Below the pieces are notes generated by a model that did no database searches, was not told the DNA's origin, and worked only from the letters and a program-made list of their open reading frames with translations. The position numbers were made by a program, and so were the translations under genes. DNA of 51,439 bases from an uncultured Candidatus Binatia bacterium (GTDB taxonomy: Bacteria; Desulfobacterota; Binatia; UBA1149). Each line of letters starts with the position of its first letter. The first letter of the stretch is position 1. The stretch lies in contig CAUZFM010000003.1 of assembly GCA_963579235.1 (NCBI GenBank), forward strand, positions 1-51,439. Reading direction: 5' to 3'. Shown one piece after another: positions 47,206 through 51,439 of this stretch.

Positions 47206-47625
47206 ATGAAGTACCTCCACAGCATGATTCGCGTCGTTGATCTCAAAGCGACGATGGATTTTTTCTGCAACAAGCTCGGCCTCACCGAGCTGGGGCGTTT
47301 TGATAACGACGCGGGCAGGTTCACGCTGGTGTTTCTCGCGGTCCCGGGAAACGAGGAAGCCCAGGTCGAGCTGACCTGGAACTGGGATGCCGAGCAACTC
47401 GACGGCGGCCGCAACTTTGGCCACCTGGCCTACGAGGTTGATAACATCTACGAGCTTTGCGAGCGTTTGCGCGAGGGCGGTGTCACCATCAACCGCCCGC
47501 CTCGAGATGGGCACATGGCCTTCGTGCGCTCGCCCGATGGCATCTCTATTGAACTGCTTCAGAAAGGGGCATCGTTGCCCGTCGCCGAACCGTGGGCCTC
47601 GATGCCCAACAGCGGCGAGTGGTAG
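47206..47625 (+). CDS. gloA: Lactoylglutathione lyase (glyoxalase I)
   Basis: YLHSMIRV, GRFTLVFL, ELTWNWD, NFGHLAYEV, INRPPRDG.MAF and SPDGISIEL motifs. Confidence 0.88.
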   Translation: MKYLHSMIRVVDLKATMDFFCNKLGLTELGRFDNDAGRFTLVFLAVPGNEEAQVELTWNWDAEQLDGGRNFGHLAYEVDNIYELCERLREGGVTINRPPRDGHMAFVRSPDGISIELLQKGASLPVAEPWASMPNSGEW

Positions 47626-47640
47626 GGAGCTCGTTCAAGG

Positions 47641-48540
47641 TTGCAGAAGGTGACCGGGGCAATGATGGGCACTGACAGTAGGAGTTGTTCGGGACGGACG
47701 TGGCCACGAGTTCTCGTGGGTATCGTTGTTGTGCTGGGACTTTTTGCCTGGCAGGTGCTGCCGCAAATCTTGCATGCTGCCGGTCTGCACCCGGTTTGCG
47801 AAGAGTATGCGGGGGATCTTACTGGCCGGCGGGCGCTGGTGGTCGCGACAAATCACGACACCCTGGGCGACACGGGTCGACCCACGGGGGTGGCGGCCTC
47901 GGAGCTGACGGCCGCCTACTACGAGTTTCTCGACGCGGGCATGGAAGTCGACGTGGCCAGCCCGCTCGGGGGCCGTATACCGGTGGACCCCCAAACCCTG
48001 CTCTGGCTGATCAGATCGGAGTACGACGAGCGCTATCTGGATGACCCGGTGTTGACGGGCATGGTGGAGGAGTCCTTGTCGGTGGCCGACCTGGACGTGT
48101 CGCACTACGACATCGTCTACCTGGCCGGCGGCTGGGGGGCGGCGTGGGACCTGGGTAAATCCGGCGAACTGGGCGACGCGGTGACGGAGGCCTGGCAGGC
48201 GGGCGCGGTCGTGGGTGGCGTGTGTCACGGCCCGCTCGGCTTGTTGCTGGCCCGCGACGAGCAGGGGCAGGCGCTGGTTCGCGGGCGCAGGCTCACTGCC
48301 GTGACCGACAAGCAGCTGCGCGAACTGGGCATAGAGATGACCCCGCAGCACCCGGAGAGTGAGCTGCGAGGAGCGGGCGCACTGTTCGAGGCAAACACGG
48401 CCCTGCGTGACATACTGGCCACGCGCGTGGTGGTCGACGGCCGCCTGGTGACCGGACAGAACCAGAACTCGGGCTGTGCCACCGCGCAGGCCATGATGAA
48501 AGTCACTGTCGAGAGCGGGCGAAGGAAAGCCGGTGCCTGA
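47641..48540 (+). CDS. DJ-1/PfpI (type 1 glutamine amidotransferase-like) protein with N-terminal membrane anchor
   Basis: TG...SELTAAY, YDIVYLAGGWG, GVCHGP and LVTGQN motifs. Start uncertain (47641 or 47662). Confidence 0.85.
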   Translation: MQKVTGAMMGTDSRSCSGRTWPRVLVGIVVVLGLFAWQVLPQILHAAGLHPVCEEYAGDLTGRRALVVATNHDTLGDTGRPTGVAASELTAAYYEFLDAGMEVDVASPLGGRIPVDPQTLLWLIRSEYDERYLDDPVLTGMVEESLSVADLDVSHYDIVYLAGGWGAAWDLGKSGELGDAVTEAWQAGAVVGGVCHGPLGLLLARDEQGQALVRGRRLTAVTDKQLRELGIEMTPQHPESELRGAGALFEANTALRDILATRVVVDGRLVTGQNQNSGCATAQAMMKVTVESGRRKAGA

Positions 48541-49339
48541 GGAAGAGTTGCTCGGTCCCCAGCCTTTGCCCGCAGCGGGTCCACTCGACTGGCTGATGAC
48601 GGCGCCTTTCGTCGCCGCTTTCTGGGCCGTGCTGATTTTCTTTGATCTTCCGCAGCGTATCGCCCGCCTGTTCGGCCCGCGTCCGCACGAAATAGTAGTC
48701 GGTTGCCTGCTGCACGGCCTGGTGGGAGCCTTGCGCGTGATCGGCACCAGCATCGAGGTTGAGCGCTCGCCCCTGGTCAAACCCGCTACGGCTTACCTGC
48801 TGGTGGCCAACCATCAGAGCCTGCTCGACATACCCGTGGTCGGCTCCCTGTTGTTCAGCAACTACCCCAAGTACGTGTCCAAGTTCGAGCTGGCCAGGTG
48901 GATACCCAGTATCTCGTATAATCTCAGGCGTGGCGGCAACGCGCTCATCAACCGGGGCAATCGCCAACAGGCGCAACGCGCGATTTCAGAGGCCGTGTCT
49001 ACGGCTGCCGAGCGCGGCGTGTCGATGTTGATCTACCCCGAGGGCACCCGCAGTCGCCACGGTGAGCTTCGGGCGTTCAAGCTGGCAGGCACCCAGTCGA
49101 TGATGGACGCGGCGCCTGAACTCGAGATCGTCCCGGTCGCGATTGAGAACTCCTGGCGACTGCTCGCCAACAACCTCCTGCCCGCGGCCTGGGGCACCAG
49201 GATAAAGGTGAAGATCGGCGATCCCATTGCCCGTAACGTAGGGCAGGACGCGGGCGAGGTACTCGATCGTTGCCGAATTTTTATCTCCGAAGCGTTGCTC
49301 GAATGGCGAAGCGAAGAACCGCGCGCATCGGCCGACTGA
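48533..49339 (+). CDS. plsC: 1-acyl-sn-glycerol-3-phosphate acyltransferase (PlsC family)
   Basis: ANHQSLLD and YPEGTRS motifs. Confidence 0.85.
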   Translation: MPEEELLGPQPLPAAGPLDWLMTAPFVAAFWAVLIFFDLPQRIARLFGPRPHEIVVGCLLHGLVGALRVIGTSIEVERSPLVKPATAYLLVANHQSLLDIPVVGSLLFSNYPKYVSKFELARWIPSISYNLRRGGNALINRGNRQQAQRAISEAVSTAAERGVSMLIYPEGTRSRHGELRAFKLAGTQSMMDAAPELEIVPVAIENSWRLLANNLLPAAWGTRIKVKIGDPIARNVGQDAGEVLDRCRIFISEALLEWRSEEPRASAD

Positions 49340-49360
49340 GCCGCAGTCCGGCGGTAGGCA

Positions 49361-50047
49361 CTACTCACCCAGCTGCATCGCGGCAACCGACCCGTTGGAA
49401 AGCTCGACCTCAAAGCGCGAGCCGGGTGTTGCCGCCACGGGTGCTGTCATCGAACCGCAGATTATAATGTCGCCGGCTTCAAGCCGCTCTCCGAAACCGT
49501 CGAGCAGTCGGGCAAGGTAGACGAGCAGCTTCGGCACATCCCCGGTAGTCTCGAGGCAGTCAAGGTCTGACATGGTTTCACCGCCGATCTTTATCGTGGC
49601 GCGCAGGCCATGCAGGTCGCAGCGGGGTGGGGGCGTCAGCAATTCGCCGGTCGTAAAAGCTCGGTGGAATACGCCTTCGGCCAGGATGTCTTCAAACTCG
49701 TCAAAGGGGCGGTCAAAGTCGACAAGTTCTATGGCCGCAGCAACCGAGCCCACCGCTGCGGCCGCCTGTTCGACATCGGCCGTGGCGGGCAGGCCGTGGG
49801 CCAGTAGCACGGCCAGCTCGGGCTCGAGCAAGGCCCTGGTAGCGCCCGCAAGTGAGCAGTCAGCTGGGCTTTCGTGCAGGGTGTTCCCCGCAAGTCCCGC
49901 CACCAGCGAGCCATCGAGTCCGAGTTGTTCCTGGATCGCGGGCGAGTTGAAAGCCACCTTGTAGCCCAGCCGCCGCGCGCCCTCGTGGATGCGATCAGTA
50001 TGACTCTTGAAGTGACGCTCGAGGCCTTTGTTTACGGAATCATTCAC
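49361..50047 (-). CDS. 2-keto-4-pentenoate hydratase-like (FAH fold) protein
   Basis: LGYKVA, EPELAV, AAIELVD and LEAGDIIICGS motifs. Confidence 0.75.
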   Translation of the reverse strand: MNDSVNKGLERHFKSHTDRIHEGARRLGYKVAFNSPAIQEQLGLDGSLVAGLAGNTLHESPADCSLAGATRALLEPELAVLLAHGLPATADVEQAAAAVGSVAAAIELVDFDRPFDEFEDILAEGVFHRAFTTGELLTPPPRCDLHGLRATIKIGGETMSDLDCLETTGDVPKLLVYLARLLDGFGERLEAGDIIICGSMTAPVAATPGSRFEVELSNGSVAAMQLGE

Positions 50048-50128
50048 TGCGGGTCTCGTTCATCGCCGATTTGAGCGCTGGCAGATAATGACACTGCCAG
50101 TCACCTGCGCCAAACTTCTTTTATTGCA

Positions 50129-51205
50129 ATGGCGACGCGAGTAGAAGAGCTGGATTGCTTTCCCCGCATGGGCTGGGTGGAAGGCCCAACGCCTGTGGTC
50201 GAGCTCGACGGGCTGGCTGCAGAGCTGGGACTCGGGTGGCTGGGTATAAAGCGCGATGACGCTATCGGCAAGTTTGGCGGCAGCAGCAAGGTGCGCAAGC
50301 TCGATTACCTGCTGGCCTCGCCTCGCTTCAACAGGGCACCGGCCTGGGTGTCGGTGGGCGCCATCGGTTCGGGGCATCTCGCTTGTCTTGCCCAGGCAGC
50401 CACTGAGTTGGACAAGCGATTGCGCGTTCACGTGTTTAACGAACCGCTGAGCGATGGCGTGGTGGACAACCTGGCGGCCATCGCTGGTGGTTCAGCTGAA
50501 ATGCAGCACCACCGTTCGCGCATTACAATGGTGCTTCGCAACCCGGCGTTGTTTCTTGGCCGGGGTGCCGCGGACTGCCCGGTGATACCGGCCGGCGGAA
50601 CCCAGCGAGTGGGCACGCTGGGGACGGTGCGTGCGGGGTTGGAGCTGGCCGAACAGGTTCGGGCCGGGCTGCTGCCCGAACCCACTCGAGTCGTCCTGCC
50701 CTGGGGTACGGGTGGAACGGTTGTCGGCTTGTCGGTGGGGCTTGCGCTGGGTGGGCTGCCCACCCGGGTCGATGCGGTGGCGGTGGTCGAAAGAATTCTT
50801 TCGACCAGGAGTATGCTCGCAAGCCAGCAGCGAGGGGTGATCGCGTTACTCGAATCGGCCGGGGTGGAAGGCGCTCGTGGTCTGCAACCGGCGGCGGTCA
50901 CCATGTTGCGCGGCCAACTCGGCCGCGGCTACGGCCATCCCACTGCCGCGGCACTTGGGGCCGTCAAACGCGCGCAGGTTGCTGGCTTGAAGCTGGAACC
51001 CGTTTACTCGGGCAAGGCCCTGGCGCTTCTGCTCGACCAGCCGCCTCGAGGAGCAGAGCAGTCTACCGGCGCGAAGCGGCCGGACAACGAGGCCGTCTTG
51101 TTCTGGAACACCAACCGTGGCCCTTTGCCCGCGCCCGGTAACGATTGGCGCAAGCGCTTGCCCGACAGCCTCGATGGCTGGCTGCCGGCCGGGCAGGCCG
51201 TCTGA
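50129..51205 (+). CDS. PLP-dependent D-cysteine desulfhydrase/ACC deaminase family protein
   Basis: GPTPV, IKRDD...GGSSKVRKL, GAIGSGH, IPAGG, GTGGT, GRGYG and LEPVYSGKAL motifs. Confidence 0.85.
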   Translation: MATRVEELDCFPRMGWVEGPTPVVELDGLAAELGLGWLGIKRDDAIGKFGGSSKVRKLDYLLASPRFNRAPAWVSVGAIGSGHLACLAQAATELDKRLRVHVFNEPLSDGVVDNLAAIAGGSAEMQHHRSRITMVLRNPALFLGRGAADCPVIPAGGTQRVGTLGTVRAGLELAEQVRAGLLPEPTRVVLPWGTGGTVVGLSVGLALGGLPTRVDAVAVVERILSTRSMLASQQRGVIALLESAGVEGARGLQPAAVTMLRGQLGRGYGHPTAAALGAVKRAQVAGLKLEPVYSGKALALLLDQPPRGAEQSTGAKRPDNEAVLFWNTNRGPLPAPGNDWRKRLPDSLDGWLPAGQAV

Positions 51206-51369
51206 AGAGCCGGGTCCGGCTGTCAGTAAGCCGAGCGGGGAACGTCGGCGAATCGGGGTGCTCCGCTGCAAACCCGCCCACACGGTAGCGACCTTCGAGC
51301 GCTAACTTACGTTAGCAGCACAGCCCCGGTTATAGCCCGTGTTTACTGGGTTTCCGGGCCGTTACCGTT

Positions 51370-51385
51370 TGGCACAGCAGTTGCT
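51370..51385 (+). promoter_or_regulatory. Sigma-54 (-24/-12) promoter for a gene starting beyond the window
   Basis: TGGCAC-AGCAG-TTGCT matches the consensus. A palindrome GCTAAC-N4-GTTAGC lies at 51301-51316 and a GGAGG Shine-Dalgarno at the window end. Confidence 0.75.
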
Positions 51386-51439
51386 TTGACAGGGGCATGC
51401 CGGCGCGGGCTCAACCCGCGGCGCAAACGGAGGATACGA

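Overview
A 51.4-kb window from a high-GC, LPS-making bacterium. Its secreted Cys-rich proteins with Thr linkers, F420-type LLM oxidoreductase and sigma-54 machinery suggest a Binatota/deltaproteobacteria-like lineage (inference). From left to right it contains: (1) a >2,230-aa SpvB + FG-GAP + YD/RHS polymorphic-toxin gene with a Sec-like signal peptide, running off the left edge and therefore missing from the ORF track, translationally coupled to a small upstream protein; (2) envelope genes (GT9, SLT, DUF4254); (3) a sigma-54 activator with no sensory domain plus a stand-alone receiver; (4) rph-rdgB-tRNA-Pro-tRNA-Arg; (5) a lipoprotein and an acyl-CoA dehydrogenase pair; (6) an LPS glycosyltransferase trio overlapping tRNA-His; (7) leuCD, MATE and a methyltransferase; (8) rhodanese, Rrf2 and sufBCDSUT; (9) tRNA-Lys followed by att-like remnants (IHF consensus and a 27-bp palindrome); (10) a 1,361-aa secreted heparinase II/III-like protein flanked by a 91-bp direct repeat that duplicates the 3' end of the neighbouring SDR gene; (11) a likely aromatic/steroid catabolic cluster, a Cys-rich surface protein, DUF2855 and a BVMO; (12) pyrK-pyrD, gloA, a DJ-1/PfpI protein, plsC, a hydratase, a PLP enzyme and a sigma-54 promoter at the right edge. 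Many first genes of transcription units have a -10-like hexamer 6-10 nt before the start codon and no Shine-Dalgarno, suggesting widespread leaderless mRNAs. The strongest candidates for something undescribed are the RHS locus and the SDR-3'-duplication cassette next to tRNA-Lys. All domain calls come from motif recognition by eye; no database searches were run.
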